DNA of 64,000 nucleotides from Flavobacteriales bacterium. Lineage in GTDB: Bacteria; Bacteroidota; Bacteroidia; Flavobacteriales; UBA7312. This document shows positions 30,182 through 39,674 of this stretch, one piece after another. Below the pieces are notes generated by a model. That model did not search any database and was not told where the DNA came from. It saw only the letters and a program-made list of their open reading frames with translations. The first letter of the stretch is position 1. Each line of letters opens with the position of its first letter. Both the position numbers and the translations under genes were made by a program. The stretch is taken from contig JAQWJZ010000027.1 in NCBI GenBank assembly GCA_029248105.1, positions 6,724-70,723 on the forward strand. Reading direction: 5' to 3'.

Positions 30182-31462
30182 ATGAAAAATAAAAAGGCAA
30201 TAGGCTTATTATTTATAGCCAACATCGTTTCAGGTTTTGCTCAAGGCATTAGTATGATTGCTATTCCTTGGTATTTTGCTGGCATACTTGACATGGGTGG
30301 CACCTATGCAAAAGCATATGCATTACTCACATTTTTAAGTCTATTTTGGGGACTCTACTCAGGAACTCTAATTGATAAATATTCCCGAAAGAAAATGTTT
30401 TTGTATTCTAACTTAGCATGTGCATTTATTATCGGCAGTATTGCCTTATACGGCATAAGTGCTGGTGAAACACCTTGGATTTTAGCAATGGCTGTTTTTG
30501 GCACAACGATGTTTCATTATAATATTCATTATCCAAACCTTTATGCCTTTGGACAAGAGATAACAGAACCCAAAAATTATGCAAAACTTAATGCTTACAT
30601 AGAAATACAAGGACAATCGACAAGTATCCTTGCAGGAGGTTTTGCTGCCATACTACTTACAGGAACTGATAAAGGGACTCTTAATATTCTAGGGCTTAAA
30701 ATTCCGATTCCATTCAGTATTGAAGCATGGGAAATACATGAAATATTTTTAATGGATGCCTTCACTTATATTTTAGCATTTCTCATTATTTTATTCATAA
30801 AATACAAGCCTTTAGTAAAAAATAACATTGACCAAGGCAATATGTTTAGGCGATTATTTAAGGGGTTTTCTTTTCTTAAAGAAAATTCTTTAATCTTTAT
30901 TTTTGGAATTTGCTCCTATGCTATTTTTACTTTTCTAATTGTTGAAATGTTTGTTCTAGTTCCTTCTTATGTGAGTAATTATTTAAAAGAAGGTGGCGAT
31001 GTCTTTGCATCGTCTGAAGTATATTATTCACTTGGTGCACTAATGGCTGGCTTTGGGATTAGAAAAATCATGTTGAAAGATAATATCGTTACAAATATCC
31101 TTATCCTTATGATTGCCACCATTATAGGTTGTTTACTACTAACCTATACAAAGAGTGTAGCTATGTTTTTTGCTGTTAGCTTACTGATTGGTATTAGTAA
31201 CGCTGGAACACGAATTCTAAGAATTACCTTTCTTTTCGAAAAGGTGTCAAATGATATAATAGGAAGGACAGGGAGTGTTTTTAATTCGGTAAGCATATTA
31301 ATTCGAACGCTCTTGATTGGTAGCTTATCACTACCCTATTTTAATACAGCCGACAATATTAGATATGGATATTTAATAGGAGCTGTGTTTTTGTGCATTG
31401 CACTAATCCCTCTTATAAAAAATCGTAAAAAATTAAGTGAACTGAAAAGTATAAATACCTAG
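30182..31462 (+). CDS. MFS transporter
   Basis: A 12-TM profile. I prefer the start MKNKKAIGLLFIANIVSGFAQG at 30182 over the track start at 30110. Confidence 0.75.
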   Translation: MKNKKAIGLLFIANIVSGFAQGISMIAIPWYFAGILDMGGTYAKAYALLTFLSLFWGLYSGTLIDKYSRKKMFLYSNLACAFIIGSIALYGISAGETPWILAMAVFGTTMFHYNIHYPNLYAFGQEITEPKNYAKLNAYIEIQGQSTSILAGGFAAILLTGTDKGTLNILGLKIPIPFSIEAWEIHEIFLMDAFTYILAFLIILFIKYKPLVKNNIDQGNMFRRLFKGFSFLKENSLIFIFGICSYAIFTFLIVEMFVLVPSYVSNYLKEGGDVFASSEVYYSLGALMAGFGIRKIMLKDNIVTNILILMIATIIGCLLLTYTKSVAMFFAVSLLIGISNAGTRILRITFLFEKVSNDIIGRTGSVFNSVSILIRTLLIGSLSLPYFNTADNIRYGYLIGAVFLCIALIPLIKNRKKLSELKSINT

Positions 31463-33030
31463 GTAGTAATAACTTTTCTATCCTTTGTAAGAAAACGGTA
31501 TTGTAACATATGATAGGTTGTGTCTTCTTCAACCACAAGTTTGCATCCAAATTCTTTGGCCCAGGTGCGTCGTTGATTGTTAAACCATCCTTTATTGATA
31601 TAACTAGCGACAAAAGGATGAGTTTTAATAACAATATCATTACTCTTATTACTCGCCTTAGCTAATTTCTGTTCAATCTCATCAATTAACAAAATACTGG
31701 CCTCGATTTTTCCAGTGCCTTTACAAGCAGGACAACCTTCTTTAGTCTCAATGTTTAATTCAGGGCGCACTCGCTGTCTAGTAATTTCGATAAGTCCAAA
31801 ACGAGAAGGGGGTAAAATATGATGTTTGGCCTTATCATCAGACATAAACTCTTTTAAAGCTGTGAAGAGTTTTTTTCTGTTCTCGCCATTGTACATATCA
31901 ATAAAATCGACAACAATTATTCCGCCCATATCACGTAATCGAAGTTGTCTAGCAACTTCTTCTGCTGCGATTAAATTAACTTCTAAGGCATTAGCCTCTT
32001 GATCTTGTTTTGAGTTAACTCTTTTACCACTATTGACATCAATTACATGCATAGCTTCGGTATGTTCAATAACCAAATATGTGCTTTTACGCATGGTTAC
32101 AGATTTTCCAAATGAAGATTTAATTTGTCTTTCTATTTGAAATTTCTGAAAGAGAGGAATGTTTCCTTTGTAATGATGGACTATTTTTTCTTGTGACGGT
32201 GCTATAGTAGAGATATATTCTTTAATCTCATTGTGTAACTTTTCATCATTTACAAGAATACTTGTAAAATCATCATTGAGTACATCTCGAAGTAATGAAG
32301 CTGTTCTGCCAAGTTCACCTAGTACTTTAAAAGGAGGATTTCCTTTTTTGGTTTGCTTAAATAAGGTTTGCCATTTTTTATATAAATATTTTATATCTGC
32401 ATCCAAGTCAGCAACTTTTTTACCATCTGCTACGGTTCGTATAATAACACCAAAGCCAGGTGGTTTAATACTTTGAACCAATTTTTTTAACCTTTTCTTC
32501 TCTTCATTAGATTCTATTTTTTGAGAAACAGAAACTTTGTTAGAAAAAGGAACTAAGACCATATATCTACCTGCAATGGTAATCTCGGTCGTTAATCGTG
32601 GGCCTTTTGTGGAGATGGGCTCTTTAGCAACTTGAACTAGTATTTGATTTCCAGATTGTAAAACATCAGTTATAGAACCGGATTTATCAATTTCTTCTTC
32701 AAGTTTGAAATTCTTTAGGGAAGCCGTATTTAGCTTACCGCCAAGGTTTCTTTGTGTAAATTTTTGAAATGTTTTGAATTTAACACCTAAATCTAGGTAA
32801 TGAAGGAACCCATCTCTTTCATAGCCTACGTCTACGAAAGTAGCATTCAATCCAGTGATTATCTTCTTGACTTTTGCCAAGAAAACATCACCAACGGAAA
32901 ACTTTGTTCCTACAGGTTCTTTGTGTAGCTCTATTAACTTCTTGTCTTTCAACAAGGCAATCACGACCTCATTGGGTCTAGAGTCTACTAGCAATTCATA
33001 TTTCAAAATAATAAAGGCATACGAAACCAT
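31459..33030 (-). CDS. rng: ribonuclease G/E family (Rng/CafA-like)
   Basis: An S1 domain followed by an RNase E/G catalytic core (GGIIVVDFIDM, the Zn-link-like CPACKGTG). The ATG at 33030 lies inside a 9-bp stem. The in-frame TTG at 33006, giving (M)KYELLVDSRPNEVVIALLKD, fits the usual family N-terminus better. Confidence 0.88.
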   Translation of the reverse strand: MVSYAFIILKYELLVDSRPNEVVIALLKDKKLIELHKEPVGTKFSVGDVFLAKVKKIITGLNATFVDVGYERDGFLHYLDLGVKFKTFQKFTQRNLGGKLNTASLKNFKLEEEIDKSGSITDVLQSGNQILVQVAKEPISTKGPRLTTEITIAGRYMVLVPFSNKVSVSQKIESNEEKKRLKKLVQSIKPPGFGVIIRTVADGKKVADLDADIKYLYKKWQTLFKQTKKGNPPFKVLGELGRTASLLRDVLNDDFTSILVNDEKLHNEIKEYISTIAPSQEKIVHHYKGNIPLFQKFQIERQIKSSFGKSVTMRKSTYLVIEHTEAMHVIDVNSGKRVNSKQDQEANALEVNLIAAEEVARQLRLRDMGGIIVVDFIDMYNGENRKKLFTALKEFMSDDKAKHHILPPSRFGLIEITRQRVRPELNIETKEGCPACKGTGKIEASILLIDEIEQKLAKASNKSNDIVIKTHPFVASYINKGWFNNQRRTWAKEFGCKLVVEEDTTYHMLQYRFLTKDRKVITT

Positions 33031-33048
33031 CTAGGGAGTGATGGTTTC
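33023..33048 (-). other. perfect 9-bp stem-loop between the small basic-protein gene and rng
   Basis: GAAACCATC (33023-31) pairs with GATGGTTTC (33040-48), with an 8-nt loop. On the minus-strand RNA the 3' arm contains the AUG at 33030. Confidence 0.6.
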
Positions 33049-33077
33049 AAATTGATATTAAAAATAGTGTTTAAATA

Positions 33078-33167
33078 CTATTTTTTCTTGTGTCTATTTT
33101 TTCTTAAACGCTTTTTACGTTTATGAGTAGCCATCTTATGTCTTTTTCTTTTTTTACCGTTTGGCAT
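33078..33167 (-). CDS. 29-aa highly basic protein, bS22 / AURKAIP1-COX24-like (not in ORF track)
   Basis: MPNGKKRKRHKMATHKRKKRLRKNRHKKK, running from an ATG to TAG over 30 codons. Nineteen of its 29 residues are K, R or H. It lies directly downstream of the HU gene. The sequence pattern matches the small Arg/Lys-rich ribosome-associated protein family as I recall it. Confidence 0.6.
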   Translation of the reverse strand: MPNGKKRKRHKMATHKRKKRLRKNRHKKK

Positions 33168-33212
33168 AACGTTGAGTTTTAAATATTTTAAATTTCTTTA
33201 TTGTTCAGATTA

Positions 33213-33503
33213 TTATCCTATCTGAACATTTGTCTTCACTTTATTTACAAATTCTTTAGAAGGCTTAAATGCTGGTACATTGTGAGCAGGTATGATAATT
33301 GTTGTATTTTTAGAAATATCTCTACCTGTTTTTTGTGCTCTTTGTTTAACAATAAACGAACCAAACCCTCTTAAAAACACATCTTCTCCATTAGACAAAG
33401 AACTCTTAACTTCGTGCATAAATGCTTCAACAACCGCTTGTACATCGACTCTCTCGACACCAATCTTATCAGAAATAGAGTTAACGATCTCTAACTTTGT
33501 CAT
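33213..33503 (-). CDS. hup: HU-family DNA-binding protein
   Basis: 96 aa with the pattern FLRGFGSF.VK.RA.K.GR.I..N....IPA...P.FKPSK.F. Confidence 0.9.
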   Translation of the reverse strand: MTKLEIVNSISDKIGVERVDVQAVVEAFMHEVKSSLSNGEDVFLRGFGSFIVKQRAQKTGRDISKNTTIIIPAHNVPAFKPSKEFVNKVKTNVQIG

Positions 33504-33549
33504 AATCCATTAGATTTAAAAAGATGTTTAATTATCTTAATTTAGCGTG

Positions 33550-33557
33550 CAAATATA
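33550..33557 (-). promoter_or_regulatory. candidate -7 box (TATATTTG) for the HU gene
   Basis: The minus strand reads TATATTTG, ending 46 nt upstream of the HU ATG. Confidence 0.3.
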
Positions 33558-33617
33558 CTTACTTTTATTTAAAACGGACATAATTTAACACTATAACTCA
33601 CTAGATTTTACGACTTT

Positions 33618-34655
33618 ATGGGATATTTTTCTTCAAATATTATCAATTGGTATAAAAATTGCAAAAGGGATTTGCCGTGGAGAAAAACTAGAAACCCTTA
33701 CAAAATATGGCTTTCTGAAATTATTTTACAACAAACTCAAGTCAAACAAGGATTACCTTACTACCAAAAATTTATAGCAACTTTCCCGACAGTTTCTAAA
33801 CTAGCAAATGCTGATGAAGAGCAAGTTTTAAAATTATGGCAAGGATTAGGCTATTATTCTAGGGCTAGAAATCTTCATTTTGCAGCTAAACAAATCCATG
33901 AAAAAGGATATTTTCCCAATAATTATAAAGATATCATATCTCTAAAAGGGGTAGGCGAATATACAGCTGCTGCTATTGCTTCATTTGCCTATAAACTCCC
34001 TTATGCTGTTGTTGACGGCAATGTATTTCGGCTTCTATCTCGTTTTTATGGTATTGATATTCCCATAAACACTTCAAAAGGTAAAAAGCACTTTACAGAA
34101 TTAGCCCAAACCTTAATTACAAAAGATAATCCAGACACGTTCAATCAGTCCATAATGGAGTTTGGATCACAGATGTGCAAACCTAAAAATCCTAATTGCG
34201 AAAATTGTCCATTACAATCAAAATGTGTTGCTTACTCAGAATCAACAATACACCTTTTACCTGTAAAGCAAGGCAAAGTTAAAGTCAAAACCGTTTATTT
34301 CGACTATTTCTTTTTTAAAAAAGATACTAAAACACTTATAAGCAAAAGGACATCCAAAGGTATTTGGCAAAACCTTTATGAATTTCCTTTAATTATATCC
34401 GATAAAGAAATGAAACATGAAGATGTTTTAATACATCCACAGTTTGAGTTATGGACACAGGACATAGACACTAATATTATCTCGGTTAGTGAATTCAAAC
34501 ATGTGCTAAGCCATCGCATTATTTTTGCACGGTTCTGGCAAATCAATTGCAATAATAAACTACCAATTACTAAGTGTAAGGAAATTAAAATAGAAGATAT
34601 TGAGAAATTTGCAGTATCGAGATTAATGGATAAATTTCTTCAATCTAAAATTTGA
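33618..34655 (+). CDS. mutY: A/G-specific adenine glycosylase
   Basis: The N-terminus W....R.LPWR..RNPY.IW.SEI.LQQTQV, a HhH-GPD domain (GVGEYTAAAI) and the 4Fe-4S cluster C..K.P.C..CP....C. A NUDIX-like C-terminal domain follows. Confidence 0.92.
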   Translation: MGYFSSNIINWYKNCKRDLPWRKTRNPYKIWLSEIILQQTQVKQGLPYYQKFIATFPTVSKLANADEEQVLKLWQGLGYYSRARNLHFAAKQIHEKGYFPNNYKDIISLKGVGEYTAAAIASFAYKLPYAVVDGNVFRLLSRFYGIDIPINTSKGKKHFTELAQTLITKDNPDTFNQSIMEFGSQMCKPKNPNCENCPLQSKCVAYSESTIHLLPVKQGKVKVKTVYFDYFFFKKDTKTLISKRTSKGIWQNLYEFPLIISDKEMKHEDVLIHPQFELWTQDIDTNIISVSEFKHVLSHRIIFARFWQINCNNKLPITKCKEIKIEDIEKFAVSRLMDKFLQSKI

Positions 34656-34673
34656 TAGCTACAATAATTAATC

Positions 34674-34681
34674 TATATTTG
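34674..34681 (+). promoter_or_regulatory. candidate -7 box (TATATTTG) for ssb-gldE-gldD
   Basis: Matches TAnnTTTG, 31 nt before the ssb ATG. Confidence 0.3.
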
Positions 34682-34712
34682 AGCATAATCAAACACTTAA
34701 AAACATAAAAAA

Positions 34713-35132
34713 ATGGCTAGTATAAACAAGGTAATCTTAATTGGAAATTTAGGCAAAGATCCTGAGTTAAGACACTTCGAAAATGGGGGATCGCTAGCTA
34801 GGTTTCCTCTAGCGACCTCTGAAACATATACCAAAAAAGACACCAACGAAAAAATTACGCAAACCGAATGGCATACTATTGTTACTCGAGGCGGATTGGC
34901 TGCTAAAGTTGTTGAGCCTTACCTCAAAAAAGGCAATAGTGTTTACATAGAAGGTAAGCTAAGAACACGTTCTTGGGAAGATAAAGATGGTGTTACACGC
35001 TATACCACTGAAGTTATTTGCGATAGTTTAGAAATGTTAGGCAAAAAGTCAGACAATGTTGAAAGCACTACTAACGAAAGCTCTAGCTCTACAGCTCCAA
35101 TTCAAGAGTCAGGTGATGACTTACCATTTTAG
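34713..35132 (+). CDS. ssb: single-stranded DNA-binding protein
   Basis: The N-terminus INKVILIGNLGKDPE and TEWH mark the OB fold. The acidic tail ends in DDLPF. Confidence 0.95.
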   Translation: MASINKVILIGNLGKDPELRHFENGGSLARFPLATSETYTKKDTNEKITQTEWHTIVTRGGLAAKVVEPYLKKGNSVYIEGKLRTRSWEDKDGVTRYTTEVICDSLEMLGKKSDNVESTTNESSSSTAPIQESGDDLPF

Positions 35133-35152
35133 TTTAACTTAACCCTCGACCT

Positions 35153-36469
35153 TTGGACGAAGACCCTCAGCAAACGATATTAATAATTCAAGATATAGTT
35201 AGTAATGGTATAGACCTTAACTTGTTTTTAGCAAGTATTTCTATGCTTTTCTTGTTGTTTTGCTCAGCAATGATATCTGGCTCTGAAGTTGCGTTTTTTT
35301 CATTAGATGCCTCTAAGTGGGAAGATGAAAAAGATAGTACTAGCGAAGCACAAATCAAAAAGATGTTACATAAGCCAAATCATCTTTTGGCAACTATACT
35401 AATTTCCAACAACTTCATCAACGTAGCTATTATCATATTATCGACCTATATGACTGATAGCTTATTAGACTACAATCAATACCCTATTCTTGGCTTTATT
35501 ATTCAAGTTGTTGTAGTCACATTTGCTTTATTGCTTCTTGGAGAGGTTATCCCAAAAGTATATGCCAATCAAAAAACACTAACATTTGCCAAAAGAATGA
35601 GCGGACCGCTTACAATACTAAGCGCACTATTCAAACCTTTGAGTCAATTGCTAGTTTCATCAACATCAATTATTGAAAAACGTTTCAACGCTAAAGGCTA
35701 TCAAATTTCTGTCGACGACTTATCTTCAGCACTAGACTTAGCTGGAGAGAATGACACCAAAGAAGAAGAAAAAAGAATTTTGAGAAGTATTGTAGAATTC
35801 GGTAATATTCAAGTCAAAGAAATAATGAAATCTCGAGTAGATGTTACCGCACTAAATCAAAGCACAACTTTTGAAGAGGTTAAAAAAGTAGTAATCTCAA
35901 GTGGATATTCGAGAATTCCTGTTTATAAAGAGAATTTTGATACGGTTATTGGAGTTTTATATATCAAAGATCTTCTGCCTTTTCTAAATCACGAAGACTT
36001 TAATTGGAGTAATTTAATAAGAACACCCTTTTTTGTTCCAGAAGGAAAAATGATTGACGATTTAATGCGAGAGTTTCAGGAAAAGAAAATTCATCTTGCA
36101 ATTGTGGTTGATGAATATGGCGGAACATCTGGCGTTGTTACTCTTGAAGACATAATAGAAGAGATTGTTGGTGACATTAACGATGAATTTGATGATGATG
36201 GCATTCAGTTTTCGAAATTGGATAACTCAAACTATATCTTCGAAGGGAAGACCTCTCTCAATGATGTATTAAAAACAATTGATGGTGAAATCGACTTTTT
36301 TGATGATATCAAAGGGGAATCAGATACCTTAGCAGGGCTAATTCTTGAGATGAAAGGAAACATTCCTGAAAATGGCGAGGAATTAAATTATGAGCACTAT
36401 TTATTTACAGTAGAGTCTGTTGACAAAACAAGAGTTAAACGAGTAAAAATCACCATAAATGAACACTAA
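35153..36469 (+). CDS. gldE: gliding motility-associated protein GldE (CNNM/DUF21 + CBS pair + CorC_HlyC)
   Basis: The domain order DUF21 TM region, two CBS domains and a CorC/HlyC C-terminal domain. It sits in the conserved Flavobacteriia context ssb-gldE-gldD. TTG start. Confidence 0.8.
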   Translation: MDEDPQQTILIIQDIVSNGIDLNLFLASISMLFLLFCSAMISGSEVAFFSLDASKWEDEKDSTSEAQIKKMLHKPNHLLATILISNNFINVAIIILSTYMTDSLLDYNQYPILGFIIQVVVVTFALLLLGEVIPKVYANQKTLTFAKRMSGPLTILSALFKPLSQLLVSSTSIIEKRFNAKGYQISVDDLSSALDLAGENDTKEEEKRILRSIVEFGNIQVKEIMKSRVDVTALNQSTTFEEVKKVVISSGYSRIPVYKENFDTVIGVLYIKDLLPFLNHEDFNWSNLIRTPFFVPEGKMIDDLMREFQEKKIHLAIVVDEYGGTSGVVTLEDIIEEIVGDINDEFDDDGIQFSKLDNSNYIFEGKTSLNDVLKTIDGEIDFFDDIKGESDTLAGLILEMKGNIPENGEELNYEHYLFTVESVDKTRVKRVKITINEH

Positions 36470-37019
36470 GTATTTGTTTTTGACACTTATGTTGTGTTGG
36501 GCTTGTGGAGATAGCTACACCCCAAAACCATGGGGATATTCTAGAATAGACTTACCTCAAAAGGGTAGCACACAATTTGACAGTGATTGTCCATTCGTAT
36601 TTCAACAACCAAACTACAGTGAAGTGATTTTTAAGTACAAAAACAACAACTGTTGGTTTGATTTGGAATTTAAAGATTTTAATGGCAAGGTTCATATGAG
36701 TTATAAAACACTCAATAATGACCTTAATGAATATACTGAAGATAGTCGATCTCTGGCCTATAAGCATGCTCAAATAGCAGAGGCCATAAGCGAACAGGTT
36801 TTCTTGAAAGACTCTTTAAATGTATATGGAATGGTTTATACATTTCAAGGAAATACCGCTACACCGATGCAGTTTTATCTTACCGATAGCTTAAATCACT
36901 TTGTTAGAGGCGCTTTATACTTTAATTCTGCTCAAAACGACTCTATCACACCAATTAGCAATTTCGTGAAAGAGGATATTTATAGAATTATCGAAAGCTG
37001 GGAATGGAAAAACTTATAG
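36459..37019 (+). CDS. gldD: gliding motility lipoprotein GldD
   Basis: Lipoprotein signal LMLCWAC followed by PKPWGYSRIDLP, typical of GldD. It overlaps the end of gldE. Confidence 0.75.
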   Translation: MNTKYLFLTLMLCWACGDSYTPKPWGYSRIDLPQKGSTQFDSDCPFVFQQPNYSEVIFKYKNNNCWFDLEFKDFNGKVHMSYKTLNNDLNEYTEDSRSLAYKHAQIAEAISEQVFLKDSLNVYGMVYTFQGNTATPMQFYLTDSLNHFVRGALYFNSAQNDSITPISNFVKEDIYRIIESWEWKNL

Positions 37020-37421
37020 CTTAAAAGTTATAGGTAAGACAACTTTACCATTTACTTTTTCACCATTTTTTAAGCCAGGCTTCCAATTGGGCATTTTAGA
37101 AATTACACGAAGCACTTCACGTTCAAAGTATTTTTTGTCTTTTCTTTTAAATTGAGGATCTCTTACTTGACCTGATTTATCGACTACAAATTCAACAAAG
37201 AGTCTAGCTGTTTCTTCTTTAGCCTTAGCTTCTTCCGGATATGTTATGTTCTCTTTGACAAACTTCATTAGTCCTTCTATTCCACCTTCAAATTCTGGAG
37301 CTACATCAAACTGCTCATAAATAGAGTCATTGTCTAGCACTAAAACATTGGATAATGTTGTTGAATAGGAAAATTGTGAAACAAAGAAAAGAAGTAAAAT
37401 AAATGCAAACGATTTTTTCAT
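37014..37421 (-). CDS. secreted TonB C-terminal-domain protein
   Basis: A signal peptide, then APEFEGGIEGLMKFVKENITYPEEA...GKVVL.F, a TonB_C-like fold. Confidence 0.7.
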   Translation of the reverse strand: MKKSFAFILLLFFVSQFSYSTTLSNVLVLDNDSIYEQFDVAPEFEGGIEGLMKFVKENITYPEEAKAKEETARLFVEFVVDKSGQVRDPQFKRKDKKYFEREVLRVISKMPNWKPGLKNGEKVNGKVVLPITFKL

Positions 37422-37460
37422 GCTTTCTAGATTTTAAGTTTATACTTCAGCTAATTTAAT

Positions 37461-37492
37461 AAAAAAAGCCCCAACCATAGGCTGAGGCTTTC
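37461..37492 (-). terminator. rho-independent terminator after the dcw/gatB-yqeY transcription unit
   Basis: The minus-strand RNA reads AAAGCCUCAGCC-UAU-GGUUGGGGCUUUUUUU. This is a 9-bp stem (two G-U pairs) followed by U7. Confidence 0.7.
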
Positions 37493-37510
37493 AACTGAAC
37501 TAAAACTTAA

Positions 37511-37945
37511 CTATGACAATAAAGATTTTACCACTTGGGCAATGAGTTTGCCATCGGCCTTACCTGCCAACTGCTGGTTGGCGGCACCCATGACTTTACC
37601 CATATCAGCCATACTACTAGCACCCACTTGGGCAATTACTGTAGTCACGACTTCTCGAATTTTATCTTCACTTAACTGCTCAGGAAGAAATTCTTCAAGG
37701 ACTGCAACTTGTGCCATCTCATCATCAGCTAAATCTTGACGATTTTGCTGGATATAGATAGCGGCTGCATCTTTTCGCTGCTTGACTTGTTTCTGTATGA
37801 TTTTCTGCTTGGCAGCATCATCTAAATCACCAGCACCTTTTTCAGTTTGCGCCACCAAAAAAGCAGATTTTATTGCTCTTAATGACGATAGCTTAACTGA
37901 GTCTTTAGCCAACATGGCTTCTTTGATTAATTTATTGATATCCAT
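37511..37945 (-). CDS. GatB/YqeY domain-containing protein
   Basis: 144 aa with the YqeY pattern (AMLAKD...LS.LR.I.SA...........L.D......I.K.VKQR.D.A..Y....R.DLA..E). Confidence 0.85.
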   Translation of the reverse strand: MDINKLIKEAMLAKDSVKLSSLRAIKSAFLVAQTEKGAGDLDDAAKQKIIQKQVKQRKDAAAIYIQQNRQDLADDEMAQVAVLEEFLPEQLSEDKIREVVTTVIAQVGASSMADMGKVMGAANQQLAGKADGKLIAQVVKSLLS

Positions 37946-37948
37946 AAG

Positions 37949-39643
37949 TTAGTCAACGTTATCGTGTAAAAAATTATTGGGTTTTAGACCTACATTTTTG
38001 TCATCATCTTCTCCTAAAACATAAGATGAGTTATCAGACTCTGAAGAGTGAGCGACATCATCTAACTCAATCTCTCTTCTTTTATATGCAGGCTGACTCT
38101 CTAAATCTGTTAAGCCAGATGGAGTACGGAGTTTTACTGTAATCTCTCTTAGCCTTTCCATACGCTGACGACTTCTCAACGCCATCTGCTCAGCAGAAAT
38201 ACCATGGTTGATTTGAGTAAATTCCTCTTTTTCAACTTCATCTTTCAAGTCAGAAATAACATCTTCAGGGGCTTCTTCCTCCATCTCAAGATTATGAACA
38301 ACAACTTCATCGTTGTTATCGCTTTCTTCGACTTCATTAGTAGCCATAACACTTTCTTCTACTTGTAGGTTTTCAGTCGCTAAAGGAAAATCAATAGGAC
38401 TTTCCTCTGTACCTTCTTCTTCAAGGGTAAAATTTAACACTGGTGATTCTTCTTCTAAGTCAAAATTTAAAGTAGCCTGAGGCTCTTCACTGGTAACTTG
38501 AGAATTATCGTCAAAAATAGATTCAAATGTGTCTTGAGTTATAGACTCTTGAGGCTCTTGTTTAACAGTATCTTGAGGAACAACCTCTTCTTCTGTCGCT
38601 TGATCGTCTTTATCTAAATTATAGACTTTAGGCGTAATTGGCTTAGCAGGTCCTATATTTTTGTTGACCTTGAAACCTGTAGCAATTACAGTAACACTAA
38701 TTTCATCATTTAGCCCATCTTCAACACCAATACCTTCAATAATATTGACATCTGAACCAGCAACATCTTGAATGTGTTTCTTAATACTAAATAGTTCGGT
38801 CATACGAATCTCTTTCTCACCAGAACCTGTGACTATTTTCAAAAGAACTTGTTGTGCTCCCTTAATGTTATTATCATGTAATAATGGGGAATCTAAAGCT
38901 GCTTCAATTGCCTCAATAGCACGATTTTCTCCCGATGCATAGGCTTGGCCCATAACGGCACTACCACTGTTTTGAAGTACTCTTTTAGCATCATTAAGGT
39001 CAATATTAACCATTAATGTTTGAGAGATAACTTCAGCAATCCCTTTAGTAGCTGTATTTAATACTTCGTTAGCTTTAGCAAAGGCTTGGCTTAAAGTAAG
39101 GTCGCCATATACTTCAATAAGTCGGTCATTATTGATAACTAAAAGAGTGTCAACTTGCTCTCTTAATTCTTCTAAACCTTTTTCAGCATACTCTTTTCTG
39201 TAGCCACCTTCAGTCCAAAACGGAACGGTAACAACGCCCACTGTTAATATTCCTTTTTCTCTAGCAGCTCGAGCAATAACTGGTGCAGCACCAGTACCTG
39301 TTCCACCGCCCATACCAGCAGTAATGAATAGCATCTTTGTATTGCTTTCCAGCAGTTCATCAATACGGTCGATACTTTCTTCTGCAGCTTGTCTACCTAC
39401 TTCAGGATTAGCGCCTGCGCCAAGTCCTTCGGTTATTTCGGCTCCAATTTGAATTTTTGTAGTTATCGGGCTAGCTTCTAAAGCTTGTAAATCAGTATTA
39501 CAAACCGCAAAGTCCACGCCATCGATACCATTTTCATACATGTAGTTTACAGCATTACTTCCACCACCACCAACTCCAATTACCTTAATAACGGAAGATT
39601 GATTTTTGGGTAAATCGAATGCTAATACGCTTTCGTTTGTCAT
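37949..39643 (-). CDS. ftsZ: cell division protein FtsZ
   Basis: Tubulin signature GGGTGTGAAPV and IKVIGVGGGGSNAV. A long acidic linker follows, and the C-terminal peptide is NNFLHDNVD. Confidence 0.97.
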   Translation of the reverse strand: MTNESVLAFDLPKNQSSVIKVIGVGGGGSNAVNYMYENGIDGVDFAVCNTDLQALEASPITTKIQIGAEITEGLGAGANPEVGRQAAEESIDRIDELLESNTKMLFITAGMGGGTGTGAAPVIARAAREKGILTVGVVTVPFWTEGGYRKEYAEKGLEELREQVDTLLVINNDRLIEVYGDLTLSQAFAKANEVLNTATKGIAEVISQTLMVNIDLNDAKRVLQNSGSAVMGQAYASGENRAIEAIEAALDSPLLHDNNIKGAQQVLLKIVTGSGEKEIRMTELFSIKKHIQDVAGSDVNIIEGIGVEDGLNDEISVTVIATGFKVNKNIGPAKPITPKVYNLDKDDQATEEEVVPQDTVKQEPQESITQDTFESIFDDNSQVTSEEPQATLNFDLEEESPVLNFTLEEEGTEESPIDFPLATENLQVEESVMATNEVEESDNNDEVVVHNLEMEEEAPEDVISDLKDEVEKEEFTQINHGISAEQMALRSRQRMERLREITVKLRTPSGLTDLESQPAYKRREIELDDVAHSSESDNSSYVLGEDDDKNVGLKPNNFLHDNVD

Positions 39644-39674
39644 TGTTTTAATTGTTAATTATTAATAGTTCAGT

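Noticed and set aside
37949-38650. Long acidic, repeat-like linker in FtsZ (LNFDLEEES / LNFTLEEEG) as a possible insertion.
   Set aside because: Extended disordered acidic linkers ending in the conserved ...PAYKRR...SFLHDNVD-type tail are normal for Bacteroidota FtsZ. The repeats are short and compositional.
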